This document shows, piece by piece, positions 22,703 through 35,454 of a stretch of DNA of 64,000 nt (the first letter of the stretch is position 1; each line of letters begins with the position of its first letter). The notes under the pieces were generated by a model that saw nothing but the letters and a program-made list of their open reading frames with translations, was not told the origin of the DNA and ran no database searches. The DNA comes from Balanoglossus misakiensis (lineage: Eukaryota; Animalia; Hemichordata), in assembly GCA_040954595.2 (NCBI GenBank), contig CM082591.2, forward strand, positions 3,829,957 through 3,893,956. The letters run 5' to 3'. The translations under genes were made by a program, and so were the position numbers.

Positions 22703-25700
22703 ATGCTGAGGAGGAGAAAGCAAACGTTGAAAGTTGTGAAAGAGCTGGACGCGTTTCCTAAAGTGCCTGACAACTATCAGGAAAAGTCGTCCAGTGGGGG
22801 AACTGGTGAGTCGCTTTATTTTGGCATGGCACACGCCCATTCTTTTGCTTTCCAGGTGATTGTGATATTGCAGTGCTGTGTGTCGAGGGACTGTGGGTGT
22901 GATGCATTTCATGATTTGTGTAGTCAGTTAATGACATATGAAACGTCCGTGAAATGCTAATATGTTTAATTTTACCACAAATGTCGATTGCGAAATTACA
23001 TGACCTGTCAAACAGAAAAGAGTTTCCATACATCTGATCCAACAGAACAGTGTATGAGTGATTGAACATTGAAATGGATTAAGTGTGTGTGTATAATTTT
23101 TATTACAGTGTCCATTTTGACGTTCTCGCTGATCGCCATACTGGTGGTGTCTGAGATCCGCTACTTCCTGGATTCCACTATGAAATATGAATACGAAGTG
23201 GACACCAATTTGACTGGTAGATTGAAGCTCAACGTGGATATAACTGTGGCCATGCGCTGTGAATGTAAGTTGCATGATTCAGCGTTTGATATGAGAGACG
23301 AGAGTTATTCTCCATGACGGTCCAGTTTTTGTTCATGGTGTACAGAAGTACTAGTGTGGTTTAGATATCTTTTGTGCTGCTGAATTATCCACACATGCGC
23401 AAATTTTAAAATTTTATTTTGAAAATCTAGTTACATGTACATGATTTTGTTTTTCTTTCTTTTCCCAGATATTGGCGCAGATGTGTTGGATTTGACTGGG
23501 GAAACTATAAGTGCGTCTTTCAGCGCGCTGAAGGAACAGAGTGTCCATTTTGAATTGTCCAAGAGACAGAGAGCATGGCAGAGGTAAGATATTCATTACT
23601 ATTCTGGCCCTGTTAGAGATGTTTCTATGGCGTCTTACAGTGGGAACGGAAAATGGTTTCTGGGCCCATTGAATGAAGAATTGTTGAACCAGTGTTTTTG
23701 TTAAGGGAGGTACCTAAGTAAAACTAAAATCTACCGGAGTTCCCCAGTCATTTTACCAGGGTTTCCATGGGTGTATCAATGTTATAATATTATAGAATTG
23801 TTACCGGGGTTCCCAAATCCATTAGCAATGTTCCCAAACCTCAGCAACTACACTGTGAACTCACTTATTTACTCATACCCTGATTGTTGTACCCCTACTG
23901 TCCAAAACAATGGGTCTCTTCCAAGTGTGGAGGTGGCAAGGTTGTTATGCAGCAATAGCTCGTATTCATTTCACTTCTCCCTGTGCTCTACAGCAAACTG
24001 CAAGCCATCCGCCAAGCTCTGACCACGGAACACGCCATCCAGGACCTGCTGTTCAAAGTGGGATTCGACAGCTCGGCGGTCTCCATGCCGGAGCGAGAGG
24101 ACAAGCCGGAAGGGAATCCGGATGCGTGCCGGATCCACGGCTCCGTCGATCTGCACAAGGTGAGTTGATAAACTGGGATAATACACTTCTAGTCTAGGTT
24201 GCGTTCCATTCCTGATGTGTCCCATGTCAGTGTCATACTCTGTATGTAGTGGATGCTGAAAAGTTGTGTTTGCAAAAGTATGATTCGTATATTTATTTTA
24301 TCTGTTGAATACCAGTACAGTGTGTAGACAACATTATCTTTCCAGCAATCCACATCAGACTCGTCTATGCCTAATCCACTCTGTGCATTGAGCCCTTGTC
24401 CATGGCATACATATCTGTATTTTGTATATCCCTCATATATTGTATTTACATTGGGTCTTCCGTAAAATTGACACCCATATCATTCCAATTTGTAAATCCT
24501 CCCTGGGACTTCTATGTTAATTTTTGTTTTCAATTTATTTCAGGTAGCCGGGAACTTTCACATCACTATAGGGAAATCCATACCACATCCGAGGGGACAC
24601 GCTCATCTTTCAGCTTTTATAAATTACAACCGTAAGTAGATTTCAAAACTTGAATGTGTTTCAATTGTACAGATAGATCTGTTTTTAAGTGAACTTTACT
24701 GGACCTGGATCTTGAATTCCAAGCGCTATGGAAAATAAAATTTCTATGTTTTCTGTTGAGTGGTACTATGGTGTCATATGTACATGGGGGTTCTAAGAAT
24801 GTTGATGTACATGAACTTTTAGAATGTTTTAGTCTATACAGACTGTGACTCATACAGATTATTTATGTATTTTATTTGCAGAGTATAATTTTTCTCACCG
24901 AATTGATCATTTTTCATTCGGTGTACCTACGCCGGGAATCATCAATCCTTTAGATGGAGATGAAAAAATATCCAAAGAAAGTAAGTTCAGTATTTTTGAA
25001 GTCAGTTAGCTAGACAAGATCAAGATGACCGTTACAGCCACCACAGTCAGTGATAGGAATTTGTGAGATATTGAACCAATACTTAATCATGTGATATTGT
25101 GATTGTGTGAGTCTAGGAGAGTCACCCCCTGCACACTTGTCCCCCCAACCTTGGCCTTTAACTCATGGGTGGAAAATGTGAGGTCGATGAAAATCCAGGG
25201 GGTAACTAACTTGTGTTCTGTTAATTGCAGATATGCGCATGTATCAGTATTTTATCCAAATTGTGCCCACAAGAGTGAACACCAGGGTGGCTAAGGCAGA
25301 CACACATCAGTACGCGGTCACTGAAAAGGTTTGTGTGGTTTTGTCTTTTAGGTTAAAGGGGAAGTTCAGTCTGGCTGAATTTTACATACATGGATATGTT
25401 CAAAGCTGTTAGAATTGCTTTTTATTCCTTGTTGCACAAAGCTGTTGTATTGCAGAGGTTCAGTGTATCACTCACAATGATTTATGTCTCCTGATTTCAG
25501 GACAGGGTTATCAATCATTCCGAAGGCAGTCACGGCGTGGCGGGAATATTTTTCAAATACGACCTGTCGTCTCTCCTGATCAAAGTCACGGAAGAATACC
25601 AACCAATATGGCAGTTTTTGGTCCGATTATGTGGGATAGTGGGCGGGGTTTTCGCTACCTCAGGTTTGTTCAGTGAATCTATACTCTGGAAGATTGCTGG

Positions 25701-26339
25701 TATCTGTTTACTGTGTCGACACTGCACATGTATTGACTGGCCAAGAGGGCAATAGCATGCAACTGTCTCCCTGAGGAAATTCTGAGTCATCCCAGGCCGT
25801 TTTACCTGCTGATAGCGAAATTTGAAGAACATGGACAAGTTTATGACCATGAGAGTTGTCTAGAACCCGTATCATAGCTTTATTCTGTTTGTTTCCTTAG
25901 GTATGTTACACTCGCTGATGGTTGCGATGTACGACCTTATATGCTGTCGTTATCAAATTGGTACATACAAACCTAAAAAGGTAAGATTATAGTTTCTCAC
26001 ACTGCAGTCCCTGACAGTGCTAACTGTAACCTGGCATTGAAATACACCAGTACATGGTGGCACTATACAGCATAGAGTAGTATTTCTTTCATGCACTGCC
26101 GGTATCTACAAGTCAGTCAAAAGAGGACTGATTTCCGAATGAAGTAAGTTATTATTATTTTTTTGTATGTTTATATTTGGGATTAAGAGACGGTATTTCT
26201 TTCATTTCAGATCGACTCGGCCACTGTCCCTTTGCACCAGCTGGACCCGGGCATGCCTGCAGCCACGCCACAAGTCAACTTCATACCGCAGTCCGACCCA
26301 CAGACGTTACAAGAACACAGCTCACTTCCAGGCCAGTGA
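22703..26339 (+). CDS. ERGIC2: ER-Golgi intermediate compartment protein 2, 10 coding exons
   Basis: MLRRRKQTLKVVKELDAFPKVPDNYQEKSSSGGTVS, LNVDITVAMRC, DACRIHGS...KVAGNFHIT, NFSHRIDHFSFG, YQYFIQIVPT, GVAGIFFKYDLS, FLVRLCGIVGGVFATSG. Last exon 26211-26339; AATAAA at 26514. Confidence 0.95.
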
Positions 26340-26534
26340 TAGTGTCGCAATCTTTTTGTGCAGCTGTTGATGTGTCTCGTGTGTGCGTGTGTGTCATATC
26401 ACAATACACAAATTTATTTTTGGATTATCATTTTCCTTCATCCATGTTTGAATTAATTTAATTAAATTGACCGATCCTAGAATGTGATTTTTATATGCCA
26501 TCATCATTCTGCTAATAAAGAAAAAGTCTTTTAA

Positions 26535-26690
26535 GTATGTATGTATGTATGTATGTATGTATGTATGTATGTATGTATGTATGTATGTATGTTTTTATGT
26601 ATGTATGTATGTATGTATGTATGTATGTATGTATGTATGTATGTATGTATGTATGTATGTATGTATGAATGAATGTATGAATGTATATGT
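26535..26690. repeat. (TATG)n microsatellite
   Basis: Directly visible tetranucleotide run. Confidence 0.97.
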
Positions 26691-26865
26691 ATGCACGTAT
26701 GTTTGTCCGTCCACATCAAGAACTTGAAAACTGGTGATATTTGGTGTGTAGATGCAGGCCAGGCTGTCGATGGGACTTAGGTCAAATGAAGTTGCCATTG
26801 CCAAAGATATATACACATCAGCAATTTCAAAGGTAAAGAATCATTGTTGTTTTTGTTTTCACTGT

Positions 26866-29262
26866 TGTCATTTCGGGACATTTTTCATGGGTTATAGCTC
26901 ATGAAAATTGTCAAAAAATGACAAATTCTCGACTTTGCCAACTTTGGTGATTTTGTCATTTCGGGACATTTTTCATGGGTTATAGCTCATGAAAATTGTC
27001 AAAAAATGACAAATTCTCGACTTTGCAAACTGTGGTGATTTTGTCATTTCGGGACATTTTTCATGGGTTATAGCTCATGAAATTTGTCAAAAAATGACAA
27101 ATTCTCGACTTTGGTGATTTTGTCATTTCGGGACATTTTTCATGGGTTATAGCTCATGAAAATTGTCAAATAATGACAAATTCTCGACTTTGCCAACTTT
27201 GGTGATTTTGTCATTTCGGGACATTTTTCAAGGGTTATAGCTCATGAAAATTGTCAAAAAATGACAAATTCTCAACTTTGGTGATTTTGTCAGTTTTGGA
27301 CATTTTTCATGGGTTATAGCTCATGAAAATTGTCAAAAAATGACAAATTCTCGACTTTGCCAACTTTGGTGATTTTGTCATTTCGGGACATTTTTCATCG
27401 GTTATAGCTCATGAAAATTGTCAAAAAATGACAAATTCTCGACTTTGCCAACTTTGGTGATTTTGTCATTTCGGGACATTTTTCATGGGTTATAGCTCAT
27501 GAAAATTGTCAAAAAATGACAAATTCTCGACTTTGCCAACTTTGGTGATTTTGTCATTTCGGGACATTTTTCATGGGTTATAGCTCAAGAAAATTGTCAA
27601 AAAATAACAAATTCTCGACTTTGCCAACTTCGGTGATTTTGTCATTTCGGGACATTTTTCATGGGTTATAGCTCATGAAAATTGTCAAAAAATGACAAAT
27701 TCTCGACTTTGCCAACTGTGGTGATTTTGTCATTTCGGGACATTTTTCATGGGTTATAGCTCATGAAAATTGTCAAAAAATGACAAATTCTCGACTTTGC
27801 CAACTTTGGTGATTTTGTCATTTCGGGACATTTTTCATGGGTTATAGCTCATGAAAATTGTCAAAAAATGACAAATTCTCGACTTTGCAAACTGTGGTGA
27901 TTTTGTCATTTCGGGACATTTTTCATGGGTTATAGCTCATGAAAATTGTCAAAAAATGACAAATTCTCGACTTTGCCAACTTTGGTGATTTTGTCATTTC
28001 GGGACATTTTTCATGGGTTATAGCTCAAGAAAATTGTCAAAAAATAACAAATTCTCGACTTTGCCAACTTCGGTGATTTTGTCATTTCGGGACATTTTTC
28101 ATGGGTTATAGCTCATGAAAATTGTCAAAAAATGACAAATTCTCGACTTTGCCAACTTTGGTGATTTTGTCATTTCGGGACATTTTTCATGGGTTATAGC
28201 TCATGAAAATTGTCAAAAAATGACAAATTCTCGACTTTGCAAACTGTGGTGATTTTGTCATTTCGGGACATTTTTCATGGGTTATAGCTCATGAAAATTG
28301 TCAAAAAATGACAAATTCTCGACTTCGCCAACTTTGGTGATTTTGTCATTTCGGGACATTTTTCATGGGTTATAGCTCATGAAAATTGTCAAAAAATGAC
28401 AAATTCTCGACTTTGCCAACTGTGGTGATTTTGTCATTTCGGGACATTTTTCATGGGTTATAGCTCATGAAAATTGTCAAAAAATGACAAATTCTCGACT
28501 TTGCCAACTTTGGTGATTTTGTCATTTCGGGACATTTTTCATGGGTTATAGCTCATGAAAATTGTCAAAAAATGACAAATTCTCGACTTTGCAAACTGTG
28601 GTGATTTTGTCATTTCGGGACATTTTTCATGGGTTATAGCTCATGAAAATTGTCAAAAAATGACAAATTCTCGACTTTGCCAACTTTGGTGATTTTGTCA
28701 TTTTTGGACATTTTTCATGGGTTATAGCTCATGAAAATTGTCAAAAAATGACAAATTCTCGACTTTGCCAACTTCGGTGATTTTGTCATTTCGGGACATT
28801 TTTCATGGGTTATAGCTCATGAAAATTGTCAAAAAATGACAAATTCTCAACTTTGGTGATTTTGTCATTTTTGGACATTTTTCATGGGTTATAGCTCATG
28901 AAAATTGTCAAAAAATGACAAATTCTCGACTTTGCCAACTTTGGTGATTTTGTCATTTTTGGACATTTTTCATGGGTTATAGCTCATGAAAATTGTCAAA
29001 AAATGACAAATTCTCGACTTTGCCAACTTTGGTGATTTTGTCATTCTGGGACACTTTTCATGGGCTATAGCTCATGAAAATTGTCAAAAAATGACAAATT
29101 CTCGACTTTGCCAACTTTGGTGATTTTGTCATTTCGGGACATTTTTCATGGGTTATAGCTCATAAAAATTGTCAAAAAATGACAAATTCTCGACTTTGCA
29201 AACTTTGGTGATTTTGTCATTCTGGGACACTTTTCGTGGGTTTGTATAGCTCATGAAAATTT
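26866..29262. repeat. 88-bp palindromic satellite, right array (~27 units)
   Basis: Unit starts at 26889 and 26977 give a period of 88. A few 79-bp units lack 9 bp. Same family as the 20727-21848 array but with diagnostic GCCAAC and TTCGGGAC variants. Confidence 0.97.
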
Positions 29263-29439
29263 TCAAATTCTTGACTGTTATCAGTCTTTTTGTGTAATTA
29301 ATATTGTTGTTAAACTTACCCTGATTTTGTTCTTTGCATTGCAGTGATTTAAAGTCAAGGTGAAATCTTCTCAATGCCCAGACGATGGTTTGAAGAATCC
29401 AAGAGTACTGCTTAAGGTAAGACCCAATCAATCTCAATT

Positions 29440-30290
29440 TGAAAAATTTCTAAGTATTTTCCTAATGTGAAAGTATTGAGTAAAGCCTGAAAAATTTCTA
29501 AGTGTTTTTAATGTCAAAGTATTGAGTAAACGCCTGAAAAATTTCTAAGTATTTTCCTAATGTGAAAGTATTGAGTAAACACCTGAAAAATTTCTAAGTG
29601 TTTTTAATGTCAAAGTATAGAGTAAAGCCTGAAAAATTTCTAAGTGTTTTTAATGTCAAAGTATAGAGTAAAGCCTGAAAAATTTCTAAGTGTTTTTAAT
29701 GTCAAAGTATAGAGTAAAGCCTGAAAAATTTCTGAGTGTTTTTAATGTCAAAGTATAGAGTAAAGCCTGAAAAATTTCTAAGTGTTTTTAATGTCAAAGT
29801 ATTGAGTAAACGCCTGAACAATTTCTAAGTTTTTCTAATTGGAAAGTATAGAGTACAGCCTGAAAAATTTCTAAGTGTTTTTAATATCAAAGTATAGAGT
29901 AAAGCCTGAACAATTTCTAAGTTTTTCTAATTTGAAAGTATAGAGTAAAGCCTGAAAAATTTCCAAGTGTTTTTCTTAATGTGAAAGCATAGAGTAAAGC
30001 CTGAAAAATTTCTAAGTGTTTTTCTTAATGTGAAAGCATAGAGTAAAGCCTGAAAAATTTCTAAGTGTTTTTAATATCAAAGTATAGAGTAAAGCCTGAA
30101 AAATTTCTAAGTGTTTTTAATGTCAAAGTATTGAGTAAACGCCTGAAAAATTTCTAAGTGTTTTTAATGTCAAAGTATTGAGTAAACGCCTGAAAAATTT
30201 CTAAGTGTTTTTAATAAGTATAGAGTAAAGCCTGAAAAATTTCTAAGTGTTTTTAATAAGTATAGAGTGAAGCCTGAAAAATTTCTAAGT
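29440..30290. repeat. 46-bp minisatellite (~18 units), with an orphan copy at ~31324-31377
   Basis: Unit GAGTAAAGCCTGAAAAATTTCTAAGTGTTTTTAATGTCAAAGTATA; CCTG recurs at 29628 and 29674. Confidence 0.95.
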
Positions 30291-30503
30291 GCTTTTTTTT
30301 TTTATAAAAAAGCAGACACCAAGGATTGAAATTTATTGTATTTTATTTCATTTTCATATTTCATATTTCATATTGAAATTTAACTCGTATTCACTTGTCG
30401 TTTCAGGTCTATCTGTTGAATGGTTGATGACCAATCGAAAGAAGTGGAGTCCAGCCGGGATCTGAAAAGACAAGGCAAGTGTTAGAAAATGCAAGTTATG
30501 TAG

Positions 30504-30577
30504 GGGGCATACACAAGTTTCAAAAATTTTCTAAGTCAAAGAAAACTTAGAAAATTTTTGAAACTTGTATATGCCCC
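30504..30577. repeat. Near-perfect inverted repeat (~32-bp arms)
   Basis: GGGGCATACACAAGTTTCAAAAATTTTCTAAG ... CTTAGAAAATTTTTGAAACTTGTATATGCCCC. Confidence 0.9.
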
Positions 30578-30718
30578 AACGTGGAGGTATAGACAAATTT
30601 CAAATTTTTAGCGTTTCTGACTTAGTTTTTTTTTTTTGCTTTTTGTATGCCATCCCTAGCCCCCACCCTAACCTCCCCATGAGTGTTCAGCAGAGACTAA
30701 TAAAACCCTACCATAACT

Positions 30719-30893
30719 CTTACTTCAGTTGAGCTAAGTTAAATTTTTTTTTACAAGTGCATTATGGGCATCATAATCTATGCAAGATCTTTTCAGATGC
30801 AAAACATTTTTGCATTAGAAAAGATCTTGCATAGATTAGGATGCCCGTAATGCACTTGTAAAAAAAAATTTAACTTAGTTCAACCGAAGTAAG
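30719..30893. repeat. 175-bp foldback palindrome (MITE-like)
   Basis: CTTACTTCAGTTGAGCTAAGTTAAATTTT...TGCAAAA, short loop, TTTTGCA...AAAATTTAACTTAGTTCAACCGAAGTAAG. Confidence 0.9.
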
Positions 30894-31001
30894 ACACACA
30901 CACAATTACATTACTAAGTTATCACTCATATTAATTTTAATGTTAAGTTATTCTCCTAATCAAATTTTATTTTCGTCCTTAGGTGCAGGGAAGTTGCCAT
31001 G

Positions 31002-31530
31002 GACTCGGTTGTACACATCAATTAAGATTTAATGCAGTTTTGGAATCTATCAAGCCTACAATATTGCTAAGTTTTAAATCTCATGACCAACAAATTCTAG
31101 ACTACCAATATTTCTATTAATGTCAATTCATTACATTCTGAATGTAGTTAAGTAAGCTATGACTTACCAATTAAAATTATAAATTAAAATTATATTCGCA
31201 AGAGAGTTTATTTTTCTGAAGTTATCTCATTCGAGTTTAGACTCTTTACAGGCTCTCTGTTGGCAAGTCCTGAATTACGGAACTCTGTTCTGTTCTTATC
31301 TGCTACTTCAACTTAATGTTACAGTATAGAGTAAAGCCTGAAAAATTTCTAAGTTTTTTTTTAATGTTAAAGTATAAGCTCGGTTGTACACATCAATTAA
31401 GATTTAATGCAGTTTTGGAATCTATAAAGCCTACAATATTTCTAAGTTTTAAATCTCATGACTGACAAATTCACACATTCTAGACTACCTATATTTCTAT
31501 TATTGTCAATTCATTACATTCTGAATGTAG
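31002..31530. repeat. ~150-bp direct duplication (31002-31148 and 31378-31530)
   Basis: CTCGGTTGTACACATCAATTAAGATTTAATGCAG...CATTACATTCTGAATGTAG occurs twice. Confidence 0.85.
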
Positions 31531-34500
31531 GACTTGGATTAAACTATCATTTAGCAGATTATAATACATGAATCTCTGGGATCATCCAATAATAAGATGA
31601 CCACTGTTACTTCATTTGGCTATCCAGACAACCTCGCAACAGCCAGAGATCAGTACAACCTCTGGGGATGGTCAAACATAAGATGACCATGCACCGAAAC
31701 TGTTACTTCATTTTGTTATCCAGACAACCTCGCAACAGCTACAGAGATCAGTAATTCACTCAAATTAAGACTAAACCGGTAAAAAAAATTATGCTAAGAA
31801 TTCATCTAAGTAGGATTAAATTAGACTATATTGTATTTTAATGCACAATTTTATTTGGTCAATGTATTTTGGGTTTATGTGCTGCTTTTTCCCTTCAAAG
31901 TTTTATTTTTAATAAAAGCTGAGAATTATGCCTTTTCAATAGCGTGTTGTGTGTTTTCATTTTCATCAATCCCGTGCCATGGAAAAATGACAGCAGTTAA
32001 GACCTGAACGAAAACTACAAAACCACTGGCCCTGAAAATCGTTCAAAGAGGAAACATTTCTACAAGTTGCATCCAGGAATTTTATGTATATCCCTAACTG
32101 AATTATTTGATTTTAATAAATAAAAACAATTCTTGCCAAACAGATCAATTATTTTTATAGTTTGATATCCGAATACAAGTTTAATCAAATTTAGTGCTGG
32201 AATTTCAATGGTGAAAAGAGCACCATAAAATTTATTTATTTTTCACAATCTTGTTGGGAATTAAAACGAAAACCATGCAAAACAGATTACGAAGCAGTTT
32301 CCAAGAAAAGAGTTTTTGACTGAAAAACGAAATTCTGGTATTTACACAAATTTCAAAGCAATCTGACTCTGGTGGGTTCAGAGAATTTTGAGAGCAAAAC
32401 AACGCAATTGTGTAAATTTGTTTCAAGAAATTTAAAAGATGGCTATTAATTAAATACCACACCAAAATTTTGAGCAAATGGACTTGTGATTATTTTTAGA
32501 TAATTTTGACCAAAAAAGGAAAAAAAAAAACGGTACCCTACATTTTTCTCATGAAAATATTAATAATTTAATTGGGCCTGTGGGTTTAGAGAAGTTATTG
32601 ATCTAAAATTAAGCAAGTTTTGACCTAAACTGCTGACCTAAAGTGCAATTATGAAAAGCTCCCTGACCAGTTATTCTTAGTATTTAGGTTTTGACTTTTT
32701 TTGCCTATTTTCAGTAATGATGACATCATAGTCATGTAAGCAGCATATTTGCTACATGGTTTGCTTGTAATTGCTACACTAGAATTTACGAAGATCAAAG
32801 ACATTCTTTTATGTACACTAGATTCTGCATCAACCCTATTATGTCCACTGACAAATCTCCAAACTGCTGGGATGAACACTATAACTAGCTACTCAAATGG
32901 CAAGACATGTACAAGTCATCTGCATACTTGAAATGGACGACACGATATATTATTAATTATTTAGCGAAGTAAACATGAACACGATTGTCTGCCATGAATG
33001 CATCTGACTGACTGAATCTAACAAAGTAAGTGAAATGAGTGACGTACCTTCACTGCTCCATTGAAGACAGCTCCCATCATACAAAATAAACAAAAAAAAA
33101 CAAGTGTCAGACTGACAGAAATACAGTTACACCATAAAAATAACAGAAATGAATTCCAACAAGTTGCAGTTGTGAATTTAGAGACACAAGCAAGCAAGGT
33201 TTGGACTTGATGACAAAGTTGGACAAAGGGTTCGGCCATTGCTGTTGTGAAATAACACTACAGTATACCGCCATGCTTGAGTGAAAGCCCCCCCCCCCCT
33301 TCCATGCAAAATGCTTCCAGAAACTTCTGCCAGACATTATTCTGTTTGCAAAGAAAAAACAGAGCCATGACTTACCTCAACTACAATGTAGTAACATCTT
33401 CAGCAGCAGCAAATGCAAGGTTGGAAAATTGGGAAGGTAAAATTGAGTTTTTCACTGGGAAAATCAGAAAAAATGGGGACATGGAAAATGTGACTGCAAC
33501 CACCACTCCAGAAAGAACTGGCTTTGGACATTACGCATAATCAGTAGTGCTTCTATTGATAAACAAATTTTGCCTGGACAGACTGACCATTCACGGCCTG
33601 CCAATAGTAAACAACAAGGCAATGATTTGAATAAATGAATATGTATGAAGCCTGCATTTCAGCTGTGGTCAAGCAGGAGACAGCCAATCAGGGATTTGAT
33701 GGAATAACAAGAACAAAATGTTGTTGACAACTCAAAGTGCTTTTAATGCAAGCAAAATAAATGTACAGAAAAAAAAGGACTCACTTCACCAACAGTTTTG
33801 AACTTTTGTTTGATGATTACCAGATTAAAAAAAATAACATTTGCATGTTTTGGAATGGTTAATTTTCAACTCTTACTGCCAATAGCAAGTTCCACTAACT
33901 ACAGCAATGGAAAATAGACATTTCACGAAGGCATTTAATTAAGTAGCCAAATACAAAAACAATCACTGAACAGTAATGTTTAAATCTTTTAAAATAATGA
34001 CATTTCATGATATTTTATTTTGTCTGTTGGCAAATTATTTAAAAAAGCAAGTCTAAATATCCGAACAGCCAAACATTAATCATGACAAAAATTATTAAAT
34101 ACATTAATGTATTAATATCAGATCACTTTGTGCGTTATTTGTTAATGTTTTGAATGTATTCCCCTGAAGTAATTATCCCATTGATTCTATCTCAAATTTG
34201 TAATTCTAGTACTACAGTAAAATCTGGTAATATAACAAGTGTTGGCAACCCTGGACAGTTTTTGGAGAAGAACAAGGCTTATTTCAGAGTCGTGTAAATA
34301 AACAGCAAGAAAATTAACATAGCCAGTAATTTTTCTCACATAAATTTTTGGTAAATTCATAATGAAATTAAATTATTCATTCAAAAAATGCATATGTCTA
34401 TGGAAAATGTCACTCATGCAATTGATCGCATGTTAAAAACAACAGCTGGGTAGGTTAGAATCTATGAAGTTATTCACATGTACTTATATCTATAGTATAA

Positions 34501-35454
34501 CCTTACATATACTAGTATAATTTTAAGGCATTCTTGCTCCAAATTTCACCTGATTCTTTGGTAGTTTTTCAAACTCTGTTTTTATCTTCTGTCAAACACA
34601 GAAAATTCATCACAAACACTTTTGCTAATATCTACCGATATTATCTAGCATGATTTCCTAATAATTTCTTCCACAATACTTTGGCAAGTCAGGGCATTTT
34701 GGTTACAAAAAAAATCTCGCTCCATTTTCTGAATTGCTAGTTTAGTTTGTGTCTGTTTTACAATTATAATGTTGGCAGTAACATCTTAAAGATTTGTGAA
34801 ACTCTTTTCGAAGCATGCCAGGAGACCTAGGCCCTGATCACACATGCCAAGTTGAGTACACTTTGATTGGAATTTTTCACCTATTCCATTCCTACACTAT
34901 CTAACTGCTTTAAGCATCACTACTAAACCAATAATCTTAGAGATTACTTATAATCTGCATGACATGATCTCTCTCTATAAATTACAACATATTAAATTTT
35001 GTAGCACCACTCGCACAAAGATCATTTTTTCCAGTAGTCTTGGAATGCCAAAGTATACTTAAGTAGCAAATTAGTTAACACTAGACGATAGAAGAAGCTC
35101 AGGAAATGTTGTAAATATCACACTGCATGCAAAACTTTATCTGAATAAATTTTGATGTACTACTGGTTACTGTAAACTTATCAGTGGACTAAATTTAGAG
35201 TAAACTGTTCTGGGATAATGTGCATGAAAGCAGGAGAGAGAGAGAAACAAGAAAATACCTCCAATAATACAGGATGTCACTCTGTTGTAGAAAACATTTT
35301 CTAAACAGTCAATGAAACCAGAACAATCGCTGAAAACGGCTGTATCACGAAATGCGGCAGCACTGCACATCCACTATCTGAAATTAATTGTGTGACTTCG
35401 ACTATATAGTATACTTATTGGCATGTGTTGTACACAGCATCCAAGCCATGGTTT

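Larger units (their letters stand above)
26752..31930 (+). ncRNA. Candidate spliced transcript (lncRNA or alternative ERGIC2 3' end): exons 26752-26832, 29345-29416, 30407-30474, 30983-~31930
   Basis: Short unique islands between repeat arrays, each bounded by an AG acceptor and a donor (AAG|GTAAAG, AAG|GTAAGA, AAG|GCAAGT). Terminal AATAAA near 31911 followed by a GT-rich element. Confidence 0.4.

Noticed and set aside
26531-26816. ORFs such as MYVCMYVC, HTYIHTYI and IHSFIHPS (also near 54400-54870 and 55887-56148)
   Set aside because: Translations of microsatellites.
26866-30290. CRISPR-like array
   Set aside because: Units are contiguous near-identical tandem repeats without unique spacers, there are no cas genes, and the context is eukaryotic.
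30665-30675. ACCCTAACC as a telomerase template or interstitial telomere
   Set aside because: A single short match with no pseudoknot or H/ACA context.
32600-35450. Possible gene in the AT-rich stretch downstream of APAF1
   Set aside because: No credible ORF or exon chain. It is most simply a long APAF1 3' UTR or intergenic DNA.
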